Source of the DNA: Marsupella aquatica
Lineage: Eukaryota; Plantae; Marchantiophyta
Assembly: GCA_973895155.1 (NCBI GenBank)
Contig: OZ316892.1
Location: 14,624,861 to 14,688,860, forward strand
Length of the DNA stretch: 64,000 nt
Direction of reading: 5' to 3'
Shown here: positions 1-12,750 of the stretch, piece after piece
Layout of the letters: every line of letters begins with the position of its first letter
Numbering within the stretch: the first letter of the stretch is position 1
Notes under the pieces: generated by a model
Told to the model about the DNA's origin: nothing
What the model saw: the letters and a program-made list of their open reading frames with translations, nothing else
The model's database searches: none
Position numbers and translations under genes: made by a program

Positions 1-429
1 AGTTTATGGTGGGCTTTGGGTCCTGTTAAAGGGTTCACATGTAAGTCACACCCCCAAAGAACAAATTGGGCCATACCGGGGAAACAGGATCCTAAAAGCA
101 GGAAACCCAATAAAAGGGAGAACCCAACTCCCAAAAACACTAGCCAAAAAGTCAGACAGTCCCCTACAACTGCAAAGGAACTACCTCCCTATGCAAAGTA
201 GGCCACCCGTAGAACCAGCACCCAGTGAGCTAAATAGCTAATATATAGTGGATGATTGCTTTTGGGGATATAGCCATAGCTTTTTCATGGGGTCACCTAA
301 TGGTTTTTTTGTTTTCTCTACAATGACTTATGTTTATGGTCTATGAACAATTTCTATGTCAAAAAGTTATGGACTATGAATTTGGTAGTCCATAATTTTT
401 CTATTGCTAACCTGAACTACTAAATTAAG

Positions 430-1130
430 ATCCATCAAATATGAAGCTACTCCCTAACTGTGGCACGAGCATGGAATGAATTGATCACCAAACCTCACCA
501 ATTCAATTTGCGGACATCACGTAGTGCTTCAGGCCAATCCAAATTGTTGCCAGGGGAAACCTTGTCCCAAATGAACAAAAGCATTAGTGAGAGGTCACGT
601 GATGAGATCTACTTTTTCATAAACAATAAAAAACTAGAAGATCAATCTTGAAACCTCACCAGTAACGACGCCAAACTAGGATGTATGAGAACGACAGCAC
701 AGAAATTGTCAGTGTCTGCTAGGCCAAGAGGGGGACAGAAAGAAGTGAGCAAATCTTTGATGGGCCAAAGAGACCTTTTGATAAAGGAATCGATAGGCTG
801 ATGCACGTGACAACCTCCCTAGAATCCTAGACGATGATTATCGTCACCGGTAAAAATGCTGGCAGTCAGGTGAGGATTATATGCACATGCCACTCCATAA
901 AATATGTGGATTCGCAAATGAGAGGGTTTCCTTTATGCAGAACAAACCTCGAGCTCGTAACCCAAGGGTGAGCCTTCCACTTCAGTTGACAGGGCTCACA
1001 TGTCATGCAGCATTTTAGCAGCTGGCTCAAGAGTATGACGGAGAACCAAACCTTCCTACTGGTCGACATTTTTATTCACTTCACTTTATCCAGAAAGGTT
1101 GTCGTTTCCTATACGCCAATCCAGCTCAGA
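430..1130 (-). mobile_element. Degenerate LINE ORF2 endonuclease (APE) remnant
   Basis: Minus-strand fragments resemble APE motifs in the correct order: 'TGDDN' (~GDFN), a 'VTGEVSRL' stretch (~SRLDR) and a weak SDH-like segment. Many stops and frameshifts. Confidence 0.4.
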
Positions 1131-3052
1131 ACCTAAAAGACAGTTATCCTTCGGTCCATTTGGTAGTGCTCCTGACCAAATCACTATGTGATTCCTTTTA
1201 TTACTTGTTTTGTGGTATGGGGTTATGTATGTATACACAACAGCGCTTGAACTGCGTCCTTGACGAGAAAGTAGGGGGGCGAGGAATCCATCAACTTACT
1301 CTACTGCAATTTTTAAAAATTACACGGGTCACAAAGGTGGGAACTGCAGGAAAAGACAGACTCTGTTGAGGCCCTTTCGTTCAAATGTGACTTGTTGGGG
1401 TCCATCCTTGCAACCCCTTTGGGGCTGTGACAGTGTTGCACCAACAGCATAGCAACTTTTTCTTTTGCCTTCAAAGCCAAAACTAGACCCATCCAACAAA
1501 GGATAGACTTACTTTGGAGTATGCACCATTGTAGGGTAGCTCACAAGGGAGAAGATACCCGGGATCCGACAGGACCCAGACCAGGAGGGAGAGAAAGTTG
1601 AACCAAACCCCCAAAACGACCAGGAGGGAGAGAATGTTGAACCTAGAATCCCCAAACAAGCTAGCCAGGGGCTGAGGGAGAAACCAGGACTCCCATCACT
1701 ACATCCCACCACACATACCCTCCACACCCCTTGCGTGTGGAGGAGGGTTGAACCTGGCACCTCTCAATTCTAGGCTCATCCTCTGGCCAACTGACCAAAA
1801 CCACCTGAATAGTGTGTCTCAACTTTGCTTCACCGTTTAGGGTACACAACAGGGAGTGACCCAGCAAGGGATCCACAGAACTTGAAGGAGCTAGTGGCCC
1901 CAACAAGTCAATTTCAAAAGAAAAGCCTGGTCAAATCTTTTTCCTGGAGGGTCCCCATCAAGTTTCTACTCCATGAATGGAAAAGAGCAGAAAACGATGC
2001 ATCTTTTGTAAAAGCCACAACCACCTCATTAGGTAGTTAATCCAAGAAATCAAACTTCTAACCCTTCTAACTTCCATATGTTATAACTTTCACATAAAGG
2101 GCCTATGTTATTTATGAAGGGGAAACTGCTCAAGAGCAAGTCACACTACTTTCCCATAAGCGGATATTTGTTAGGTGTTTGGATAATTGATGCTTGAAAG
2201 GTTACCCTCAATCAAAGCTAAGGTTGAATCTTATGCAAAGAAAGAAACTCTGAACCAGAGGTGGCTATTCTTTGTGATCCTGTAGTCAACAGGGTAGTCT
2301 CTTAGCTCCAGCTCCCTATTTGGCCTGGTGGATTGATTGGCAATAAGTAAGTTCCAAATTGGAGAAGTAATTCAACTCCCCAAACATTTCCAGGTTCATT
2401 AGTCTTTCAGAAAATGGCCCAACTCATGCCTCAGGGTTGGTTACACGTGTGTGGGGTCTTCAAAATTGGCCCTTTGCACTCCCTAAATTGCTTGAAATAG
2501 ATTCTCTTGTCCAGTGCTATATGTGAGGTGCAAAGTCCTGTTCTTGTCTCTGTTTTTTTTCATTTCTTGTCCCTGCTGTGTCTTGTATTTGATTTCACAA
2601 GGATTGGACCTCTTGGGCCAGAAAGTTTCCGACCCTTGCCCTTGAAACTCCACAAGTGTAGCAGTGAGGACTGGCTCAGGAGGGGGGTGAGGATACTCTC
2701 GCTCATTCCAAAGGTGCCACCTGATAACTATAATTTGAATTCCCTCACATGCAAGATGGCCCTTAGCCCTACTCAAAACATTCATAGCAATGCATGTAAC
2801 AGCCGTGCTTGTGATGCTTCTTTTAGGCAACCCCTAAGACACCATTATTGGTCCCAAGGAGCTCTGGCACACGTTGGCCTTGCGCCATTGCGTGTCCTTG
2901 GAATGCATATAATCTGTATAATTTATTGCATGCCCCTTGAAAGCGTATCTACTCTGTCACATCGTGAAACATTAGTCTTCCTTCTCTGTAGGCTGTCCCT
3001 TTTTATATTTATAAATCTGGATTCCATCTGAAACGGTAGCCTTGCTTGTGCC

Positions 3053-4028
3053 ACCCCGAGTTAAATCTACATCACGTTAATGCTCCCCCACTTCCCAGGG
3101 GCGCCGTACACTGCCCGTCCCAGTCCCCGATGCTGCTGCCCGCTTCGGCCCAAGTTTGGCAGAACATAAACCAATACTCTACCATTTTGTCAAGCGCTCC
3201 GACCCGATAAACTTTGGGTCATCGACTTTGGGTTTATGTTTTGGCACCTTCGCTTGCTCCGGCCTGACGACTTAAGTTTGTGTCATCGATTTATTCCTTG
3301 TGGAGTCTTGGTTTATGTTCTGGCAACACTTCTTTCCAACAGAGTCTAAGTGTTCAGGGCAAACCTAGTACTTTGGTTAAGAGTCATGATTTATAAAGTC
3401 TTGGTTTATGTTGTGTCAAATACTTATTCTCTATGGAATTGTGATTAATGTTTTGGCAACACTTCTTTCCAAGGGAGTCATGCTTGTTTGGTAACAGTGT
3501 CTAAGTGTTCAGGCACAACCTAGTATTTTGGTTAAGAGTCGTGATTCTAGAGTCTTGGTAGATGTTTTTCCAAATGCTTCTTCTCGATGGAGTCAGGGTT
3601 TATGTTGTGTCAACACTTCTTTCCAATGGAGTCATACCTATTTTGTAATAGAGTCTCAATGTTCAAGGGGAACCTAATACTTTGGTCGAGAGTCATGACT
3701 GATAGAGTCTTGGTTTATGTTGTGCCAAATATTTATTCTCTATGGAGTGGTGGTTTATGTTTTGGCAACACTTCTTCCAAAAAGTTGATGGCACAAAGTC
3801 AATCGGGCCGGAGCGGCCGACAAAACATTTTGGGTGCCAAAACATAAACCTGAAGTCGATGGCGCAAAGTTAATCGGGCCGGAGCGCATGATTTAAATTG
3901 TAGAGTATTGGTTTATGTTCTGCCAAACTTGGGCCGGAGCGGGCAGCACCATCGGGGACTGGGACGGGCAGTGTACGGCGCCCCGGGGAAGTGGGGAGCA
4001 TTAACGTGATGTAGATTTAACTCGGGGT
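3053..4028. mobile_element. Non-autonomous long-TIR DNA transposon (MULE/Foldback-like), 976 bp
   Basis: ~195-bp inverted termini (ACCCCGAGTTAAATCTACATCACG... at 3053 / ...CGTGATGTAGATTTAACTCGGGGT ending 4028). Perfect 8-bp TSD CTTGTGCC at 3045-3052 and 4029-4036. Interior made of GGTTTATGTT-containing subrepeats. Confidence 0.9.
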
Positions 4029-5849
4029 CTTGTGCCTGACCCTGAAAGCATATCTAATGCACTTCATGTCCTTTAAAAATCTATCTACAGTAATTGCTGA
4101 CACAATTGTTGTACGTATCCTTTGTGCAAATGTGCCTACATTCTTTATTTCTGGGTTCGAACAGCAAAAGTAAGTTATGGACAGAGTCCGAGCAGTCTAT
4201 CATGTCTTCTCTAGACTCTAAGGAATAGAAAAGTCGAAACACTTTCCAAAACAATAGTGTCAACTAAACAATATTTCCCTGCCACCATGACAAACTACAG
4301 TAGTGTCTGCTTATGGGGGCACAACTAAGATCCATGTCGAAAAACCAAGCAAATAAAGGAAAGAATCCATGTAAAAAATTCATGGATATGGCTGCTCTTT
4401 CAATGTCTGCTCTTACAGTTACTCCCATCGTGAACTCGACAGGGAAATCCGACAAGTCCAGGTAACATTGCTCTAATCTCCGAGCACTGCCATAGTATCA
4501 TGACTGAACGTTGCCATTCTGAAGTATTTTGGATACTCATGTGGAGACAAGTCCAGCTGCTTTGGGTCAAACTTGACTGGAGAACACTGTTCGCCTGTTT
4601 TGCAGGCATCCTTCCCGCCAAGATTTGGCAGACATGGCAACTTTGAATCTCATTAATGCCCAAATCCAGATTTCAATGGTTCAGCGTTGTTTTGACTAAG
4701 GAAGACTGGGGGAATGGAGAAGATAAATGAAGATCCGCCCCAGTTCTGTCGAGACATCGTCGAGAGCTCCGAACCACCAGATTTTCCTTGGTTTCTAGTT
4801 TGTATGGGGAAGTTCTTTATCCAAAAGAGTAGATAAGGCGGCTTAATGTGGCCTATATTTAACTTCAGTCCCCGAAACTTGTAACCGCCAAAATCAAGTT
4901 CAAATTGTTGTCTCGAGCTATACTGAAATGTTTCCTTCGATCTACTCCTCTGCTGAATTGAATCTGAAGGAATCAATGTTGTACTTTCTCTCGGTGCGAG
5001 TTCACTTTATCAACCTTCCAAATTTGAAATCGTAGCAGCCCCTGTAGTCGACTGGTTTGATTCTCTGATTTGACAGTGAGAGTGATTCCTTAGCAGCCAA
5101 ATCTGACTACATGCACTAAACCTGAGGTGTAATGTTTGCTGTGGGGCCCTTCATGGTCAAGAGCACCGTCGCTACCATACACTTGTTTCAAAAGGAGTCG
5201 TTATGACAGTTTCCAAACCTGAAGCATCGGCTCAAGTGTCCCTGTGCCTACTGTAGTGTGGTTTAGGTGTCAACTCTTTTGGGATTTGCAGGTTGCAGCA
5301 TATTAGCTGGCTCCGTTCTTGCGAAGGGGAATTTTTCGCACGGCCTTGTGCTCTGTTGTTTCACTTTCGGGCTGCGTGGCTGTCCGCCTGGGCTTCTGCT
5401 CCTCAAGGCTTTGGGAGTTTGCTTTTGTGTAATAAAAATGATGTTTGATGGTGTGTTTTAAAAGCATTTTTATTGACTGGGAAAAGGGAATAACAGGACT
5501 ACCGTAGTCCCACCACAAAGGGAAAGGACCAAATGTCCCTCAAATTCCAAGACCCATCCAAAAAGTGTATAGATAGTAAGAGATCCACACATGCTGGGAA
5601 TTCCATGAGCACATAGATGATAAATGATAGTGGTATTATAAATACTTGGGTTTGTCTTCCTCCAGGGGCCCATCAAGTGTTTCGTTGCAATTGTACTTCA
5701 TTGACCTGGTTTTGCCTTGCAGTCAGTTGCATGCTGCTGTTTGTCTAGGGCAGGATTTCCCGCCCTCTTCCGTTCAAAAGAAACAACATAGAAATAGAGC
5801 AGTGATTATTGGTTTTACTTCCTGTCAGTAGGCACCTAAGATCACATGA

Positions 5850-6330
5850 GTGCCCCATTAGATTTGCTTATGAAAGATAAGATTCACGATCAGTCAGTCA
5901 GTTTGACTTGGGTACCTCAATTGAAGACGATTACTCTGCTATTAACCAGAAGCTCGTTGATTCAATTACACCAGTACTGCATCTCCTTACAGTCACTCCA
6001 CTCCGGTTCTTCATTATTGCAGCTGGGAAGAAACGGCCTAGGATCCTCGTTGATGAACCCACAAAATAGTGAAGTCAAGTTGTTCATTAATAAGCCTCGT
6101 GCATTGCTTCCTGGGCCTAACGCTCCCGCTGTCCCAGACTCACACCGTCTCCTCTCGCGGATTTTTTGGTGAGTGACCAGGGGTGCTTTGTGTACTCCCA
6201 ATTTGGGTGTGATTTTGTTTAAAAGAATTCGTATGCCTCCTCACTGCCAAGATCTCCCACTGAGCTAGGCCCACATTTTTTGACAGTAACATTCGCTAGA
6301 AAAACTTCTACTGTTATACGAGTCATGCAG
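5850..6330 (+). mobile_element. Degenerate LINE C-terminal (zf-RVT-like) remnant
   Basis: Broken translation 'RIFW*VTRGAL...PHCQ...HIF*Q..FARK' resembles the KxFxW...CxxC...HIFxxCxFAR region of plant LINEs. Confidence 0.35.
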
Positions 6331-6344
6331 GCTCTGGGTAGCGG

Positions 6345-6493
6345 GAATCTTTCTGGCTAAGGAGTGAAACCACACCTGCCCATATACAAGTCACATTCCC
6401 TCCTTCACTACTCGTATGTAGTGAGAATCTTTCTGACTAAGGAGTGAAACCACACCTGCCCATATAAAAGTCTCATTCCCTCCTTCACTACTC
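6345..6493. repeat. Tandem duplication, 80-bp period, 2 copies
   Basis: GAATCTTTCTG(G/A)CTAAGGAGTGAAACCACACCTGCCCATATA... at 6345 and 6425. Confidence 0.9.
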
Positions 6494-7594
6494 TCATTTG
6501 TGTCCTCTGATGAAGGGTGTCTCACCATAAAAGGTGGAGGACTTACCAGGAAAAGGTGGAGCACTCACCACCTTTTGTGGAGCTCAAGCCCATTCTTGAA
6601 CACTTTACAATGAGAGCTTGAGGTAACCCCTAACTTTGAAAGGTGCTTTTGTGGGTTAATTGCAATAATGTGCCTTGATATTAGCTGTCGTCCTTAATAA
6701 TTTGAATCAGGTTCTCATAAAAGTCCTCGTCACCTCCTTCAAGTAGAGAAGCAAAAGTATATGGGTTGGACTCGTTGAGAATCTTCAAAAACATTTTTGA
6801 ATTTCGTGGTGGGTTGTAAGGTCAACTCTGAACCCACTTTTGTTTTCATATATATTTTGGAGAACAAGACAAATAAGAGCTTCAAGTATTGAAGGGGATG
6901 CTTTAGATCTCATTCCAAAATGCTTGTGATGATTCTGAATGGAACTTTATTGGCTGGCATATGCACTCCTTTATAGAAAAGCCGTGTGTCTGTGAGTGGG
7001 GTGAGGTGGGGAATAGGATCAGAACCTCAAGGTCATACTACTTTTTCTTTTGAAAACCCTTGAAACATGGAAAACATGGATGGAAAACCTTGGCTGAAAA
7101 TTCTTCGGGTCAAATATGTGATACAAAACAGTTTTTGAAAAGCTCTGTAAAAGTTAAGTTGGAGAAAGTAATGTTTCAAAACAATAAACAAATAATAAAA
7201 GTAAGTTGCATTGGAGTTATCTACGACTATAATACCCCATCCAGCCAAAAAGGTGGGATTGCCTGGCGCTTACAAAATGATAAAAAAGCGGGAAAATTTT
7301 ATCTTGACCTTCCATCAAAAAGTTTTTTCTTTACACGCTATCTAAAATAAATTCCTGCCAAGCTGCCCACTAGTCTGCATGCACCCGCCTGAGATTAAAA
7401 ATTGGAAAACAAATCTTTGAGAATTTTGAAAAACTTTGAAATAAAAATAAAATTTGATCTCTCTAATATTTAAAACTAAAAACAACCATATTTTTCCTGT
7501 GACTCGGTTGTGTTTAGATTTTATGATGCGACCATTCTCTTGCATCTTCAATTTCTATGTGCAATGCACAGGTCATTGAACACAATTAGTCACG

Positions 7595-7820
7595 GAACTC
7601 AACTACCTTAACATTTAACTCTGGCGTCGCTGACTCCGACGTCGAGCTCCCCTATGGTCCAGGCCCGGAATGACCATCCAAGGAAGACTGAGGATGGGGA
7701 GAGTCGCAGAACTCGACTACCTTAACACTTAGATCCAGCGTCGCTGACTTCAACGCCGAGCTCCCTTATGGTCCAGCCTCGGATAGGCCATCCGGGGAGG
7801 ACTTAGCATTGGGAGACTTG
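7595..7820. repeat. Diverged tandem duplication, ~114-bp period
   Basis: GAACTC(A/G)ACTACCTTAACA...GCGTCGCTGACT...GAGCTCCC...ATGGTCCAG at 7595 and 7709. Confidence 0.85.
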
Positions 7821-7839
7821 TGGGCAATGAGACATGGCA

Positions 7840-9619
7840 CGAGCGAAGGCAAGGAGCCAAGCTGGTGACACACACTAAGGACTTAGGCTAGTTGAGAGCT
7901 GGTCGGGTCAAGGAGAAAGGGGCCGGACTCAAGGTCGACCATCCGGGCTCCGGATGGACTTTGAGTTCCAAAGGTTTGAGTGTGAGCTCCTCTTGGGCCC
8001 AAGGCCAATGAAGTTGGCGCCATGGGCAACGGACGCTTGGGGCATGAGTTAGGCCCGATCCGGGTTTGGCCGATCGGGGACCCCGAGCAGCGATGAGACC
8101 TGAGGCCCAGGCATGAGCACCGGGTCGGCCCGATCACAACGGGCTAAGGCACTCCGCTTGCGGACGCCTAACAAGAAAGTTATGGGCGTTGCCAGTTGGT
8201 GGCGCGCCCACTATGCATGATAGGATCCGGGTTGGAGGCCAAATGTTTAGGGACCAAGGTTGGTCCGGGGGTGACAGGTCTCCATAAGCATATATGAGGG
8301 GAGTGGTGTCTCCCTGGGGACCAAGGGCGAGCCGAAGTCGTGAGCCACCGCGGTCGCGACACTAAGGGAAAACGTCAAACGGAAACGACGATATCTTCCC
8401 AATGAGAAGTCTGTTGGAGGACTTCTTGGGTGCGTTGGAAAGATCTCCAGGAGAGCTACGACCTTCTGAGTTCAGCTGGGTTTGGGGGAGCCATGGGTTC
8501 TCAAGGTTTGCGGGTGTTAGCTCGCCCGCTTGCCAAATCCTGCCGAACAGCAGCCAAGCCACGTTCAGTCTCCCAAGGGAGCTTGCGTTGGGGAGGCAAG
8601 GCTAAGTAGGCGTGGAGGTTGAGTTCCAAGGGTGCTTGGCCCCTAGACCATCAGTGGGGCAAGAACCGGGAGTTGGTTGCTAGAGTCAGGGCCATTCTGG
8701 TCCCGGTGTGTTGGGACAAGCTTTAGGACAAGCTACGCTATTTGGGCCATGAGCATGTCCTGGGGTCAGGGCGGTCAGTTGGTAATGGATAGGTACAAGG
8801 GGGAACCCGGGCCGCGCCCAAGGAAGGAGTTGTTCTGGACGAACAGTGGGCGTGGGTTCTGGTTCCGGCTTATGGCATCGGGAGGACCTATCATTGACCT
8901 ATTTACCAATGTCTGTTGAGCTTGAGTTAGGATGCTAGACTTGGCGAGTTCTAGATCCTGAAGGGTTACTTACCGAGGTGCTTGGTTGCTTGTGCAGAGA
9001 GTGAGGACCGTTGAGTAACGGTCGTGTTTCAGAGCAAGTGCGGCTTCGTATGGGAGGGGCCGTTGGCGGTGCAAGGGGCACTAGGTTGCTTGCTTGAAGT
9101 ATTCCGTGGAGGCGTTTGGGCACCAGGGGCACTTGGGCGTGAGTGTTGGGATTGGTGAGGGCGTTGGGTGGCAAGGTCCACCACTGGGAGACTGGTGGAC
9201 AATGGGGCGTGGCACTAGCGAAAGCAAGGCCTAAACTAGTGACACAAACTAAAGACTTACTAACTTCAACACACAGGTATGGGGCTAATAGATACATTAT
9301 ACTAATAGATACATTATACTACAGAAGTTGGATGAGATAAAAGTCTGAGTTTGAATTTTCAAGAGGCATTCAGAACTCTATCCTTTTGGGGCTAACAAAA
9401 GCTGAAACACCTCACTCATACAACTTGTCTTGAAAAGACACATGAAAAGAGGCAGACATTTATAGATAGGTCATCCTTTCACCATACTACTGCGCATCTT
9501 AATAAAACTTGTATAAAAGTTTGTATGTTGATAAACTTTTATTGGCACATGCATGTTTTCTTTTGAGCAATGTGTCTACCAGGCATAGAGAATCCCATCA
9601 CATACAATAATATTCAACA
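7840..9619 (-). mobile_element. Probable LTR-retrotransposon remnant (candidate LTR 8914-9619)
   Basis: TGTTG at 8914 and CAACA ending 9619. A TGGTA-initiated PBS-like tract lies just beyond 8914 on the minus strand. A ~45-bp direct repeat is shared by ~7841-7885 and ~9218-9260. No TSD or recognisable pol. Confidence 0.35.
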
Positions 9620-9971
9620 ATAAGCTTAAATGTTTTAGGTCTAAAGTTACTCGATCCCACCCGACTTAGCCTGCAGATGTGTCATCCAACGTACCAAGGG
9701 AACATAAACTCTTAAGTTTATACACAGCCTTCGCTTAAAATCGTTCCTGCAGCTGGTAGAGTTTTTGGAAGACCACGTGATTCTTTCAGACAAGGGTCGA
9801 CCGAGGGGTCGACACTGTCAAATAGCGCTTAAGAATTGGACATTTAATTTCATATCATTCCATGGAAGAACTCCACATGACAATTTGCGTGATTCACTGA
9901 CAATCAGAAATGCAGTCAGTCTTTGGCCATTTTCACTTTATAGTATCACATATATTGAACAGCATTTATAA

Positions 9972-10074
9972 GTCCCTTCAGGGGACATTGGACATTTATT
10001 AGATAACAAGAGAAGCTTAGGATGGCTCCTGCACAAGGATGACATGTACACATCGAGAAATAGTACATATCTTT
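9972..10074 (+). pseudogene. U6: U6 snRNA degenerate full-length copy
   Basis: GTCCCTTCAGGGGACA...ACAAGAGAAGCTTAGGATGGCTCCTGCACAAGGATGACA...ATCGAGAAATAGTACATATCTTT is collinear with plant U6. The ACAGAGA box carries an extra A and the AGC triad reads AGG. Confidence 0.85.
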
Positions 10075-10456
10075 AGTTGCGCTGCCTGCTCAAACGATTC
10101 TCAAACGCCGCTTCCCCTTAGAAGCAGAATTGCAGGGGTCACGGCTACCTCATCTACCTGACAGTCAGAACGCTGCCAGACTGAGGGACAGTAAGGGTAT
10201 CTCTATTGGCAACTGCACACGGTCCATGGATAACAATCAGCCTATTTTTAAGTACTACAGTACTAGATCGAGCCTCAATTTCGCGAGATCAAAATGCACA
10301 TCAGGCCCACAACTTGTAGATAATTGTCGTGTTGGGAGAACGAGCCTGGCTGCCGTGGTGGTTGATAGGCATGGTGTCATAGCATTTCAGGCCATCGTGC
10401 CCTTTTCACCCCAATGCTCTAAGGCTGGAGAATTTGTCTTCCATACACATGTCTAA

Positions 10457-10662
10457 TCTGAGTTCTGCAAGTTCGAGAAACGGAGAAGCCCAAAAGGCGA
10501 AAACTACATGATCCCTTCCAAAGTGCACAAAAGCCAACGTCACTACTAGTCAGCAGCTTCTGAGTTCTGCAAGTTCGAGAAACGGAGAAGCCCAAAGGGC
10601 GAAAACTACATGATCCCTTCCAAAGTGCACAAAATCCAACGTCACTACTAGTCAGCAGCTTC
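10457..10662. repeat. Near-perfect tandem duplication, 102-bp period
   Basis: CTGAGTTCTGCAAGTTCGAGAAACGGAGAAGCCCAAA... at 10458 and 10560, with only a few mismatches. Confidence 0.95.
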
Positions 10663-11980
10663 AATGTGCAGGTAACCGTTGTTGTAGCATATAACAAACT
10701 CCAGGTCTTTCGTTAATCATTGCATTACATCAACAAAATCTAAGCTGCTCGACGATGTGGAATTTCCAGTACTGTCACCAGATCGGGCAGATCCCACAAT
10801 CACTAGCTCCATATTGCACATACGATGTATGTTCACATCTCCCAAATAGACATGAGGAACATAGAATTGACTATTCTCTGAGTTAAATAATCTCTTTGCA
10901 TTCAACAGAATCGCATTTAGAAGGGGCCAGACCAGATCTTGATTGTTCTCTCCCTGGCCTATTTAAATGATAGCTCTACCCAAAGTTCAAGAACGAGGCC
11001 ACCCACTGTAGACAGTTAGGAGACCTAACGGGATGGTAGGATCTACTCACTTTGCTATTAGTAAAATGCAGGCTCAAATATGGGGCTAATGTAACACTAG
11101 AGTCGTCCCTAACAGGGCATCTCAAAGCTTCGAAGTTGCTTTTGGCCATAAACAAGTGGTCATATCTTTTGCACAGAGGTATGTAAAACTTGTTAAGTTT
11201 TATTAGTAACCTCTAGAGTGACATGGTTATAACATATGACCAATCTTTATGGCAAAAGGTTATGGATCCTAAGTGGAACATAAGATAGGCAATTCATAAT
11301 TTTTCTTGTCTATATCCGTAACTACTTTGTTAACATCCATTAAATTTGAAGCTTGACATGATGCCCTGATGTGTCCAAATCAGGGTGAGTAGACTACTAG
11401 TAAAGCATGGATGGAGGGTGAGTTCTCTCAATTGATCTACTCATTAGGGGCTGAAATTGCCACAAGGACTAGGAGATGTGATTTGCTCAAAGTCACCACC
11501 AAAAGGACTTGGGGAAGTGCTTTGCTCTAAGTCACCTACAATTCTCATGGAGCATAATGAGTCACCCAGAGATCAGAACAGGACAAACTTAGTTTTGGAG
11601 AAGTTTTGGAGGACCATTTCTCGAGCCAAACTGTCGCTGTCCCCAAAGCAAGGCCCAGTGGATATTGTAGGTTACCATACTAATAAATATTGTTCTTAGC
11701 AAAACTAAAAAAGTGCGCAAAAAGAGACAGTCTGGTCATCCCACATGGCCTTAGCGGTCACTCATCTGTACCCTGTGATTGGAATGTTCACCTTGTGTAT
11801 CCTCCTCTCCGTTAAGGTACAATTCTAATGTGCATTACTCTGTAGTGAGAAAAACATCATCCTCTCCACTTGCTATATCCTCTCCATTGTCATACAATTC
11901 TAATATTCATTACTTTTCAGTGAGCAAAATATCTTTCTCTCCATTTACTTTCTTTTAGCAATCAAAACAATCAGATACAT

Positions 11981-12188
11981 TTGATGGACCCCCCAAAATG
12001 CAAAGTGTTACTTGATGGACCCCATGACTGATCCAGCCTGCTAATAGACCTTAAATCAATGACCCAAAAACTCACGGGGTACATCAAATAAGGCTCAGAC
12101 TGCTGTTAGACCTTCAAATAAGGCTTTTCAGTACCGAAAACCTCATGGGGTGCATCAAATAAGGCTTTTCAGATGAGGGGTCCATCAA
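11981..12188. mobile_element. Small MITE-like inverted-repeat element
   Basis: TTGATGGACCCC at 11981 and 12012, inverted GGGGTCCATCAA at 12177-12188. Internal TCAAATAAGGCT subrepeats. Same motif again at 12923. Confidence 0.5.
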
Positions 12189-12649
12189 CTATTTCTCTCG
12201 AGCGAAACAACATCCTCTCCATTTACCGAGCCATGAAGCCATCTTTTAGCGAGCCAGACATCACCGTCTCCATTTACGACAGTACGTTTTTAGCGAGCCA
12301 ATCGTCACCCTCTCCATATCCGTACACCTCCAATAAACTGCGAACCACTACATTTTTAGCGGGCCAAACCGCCAAAGCGATAGCTCATTTGCTCGAGAAC
12401 GCGCACGCAGACGGCGCATCCTGCAAAGCGCAGCGAGTACGTACGTTTCTTGGGTTGCAGGTCCCCGCACGCGTGGGTGCGCATATTAATGGCCGCATCA
12501 TTTTCCTACCTGAATGGCAGCAAGCAAGCAAGTTGAGTGCCAGGCCCAAGGAATCTCTGCACGGAGCGAGGCCCAGACCGCTCACATGGAGGTACCAGTA
12601 CCAGACCGGACCAGTCCCTCCTCCAGTTCTACTCCACCACTCCCCCCGA

Positions 12650-12750
12650 CCATACCAGACCAGACCAGACCAGACCAGCAACCTCAATACGACGGCGACG
12701 GCGACTAGCGTAGAATGGCATAGAGTAGAGTAGAGTAGAGTAGAGTAGAG
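12650..12750. repeat. Pentanucleotide microsatellites (CCAGA)n and (TAGAG)n
   Basis: Directly visible. Confidence 0.9.

Noticed and set aside
2507-3031. 174-aa ORF
   Set aside because: Non-ATG start, no recognisable motif, and embedded in decayed repeat sequence.
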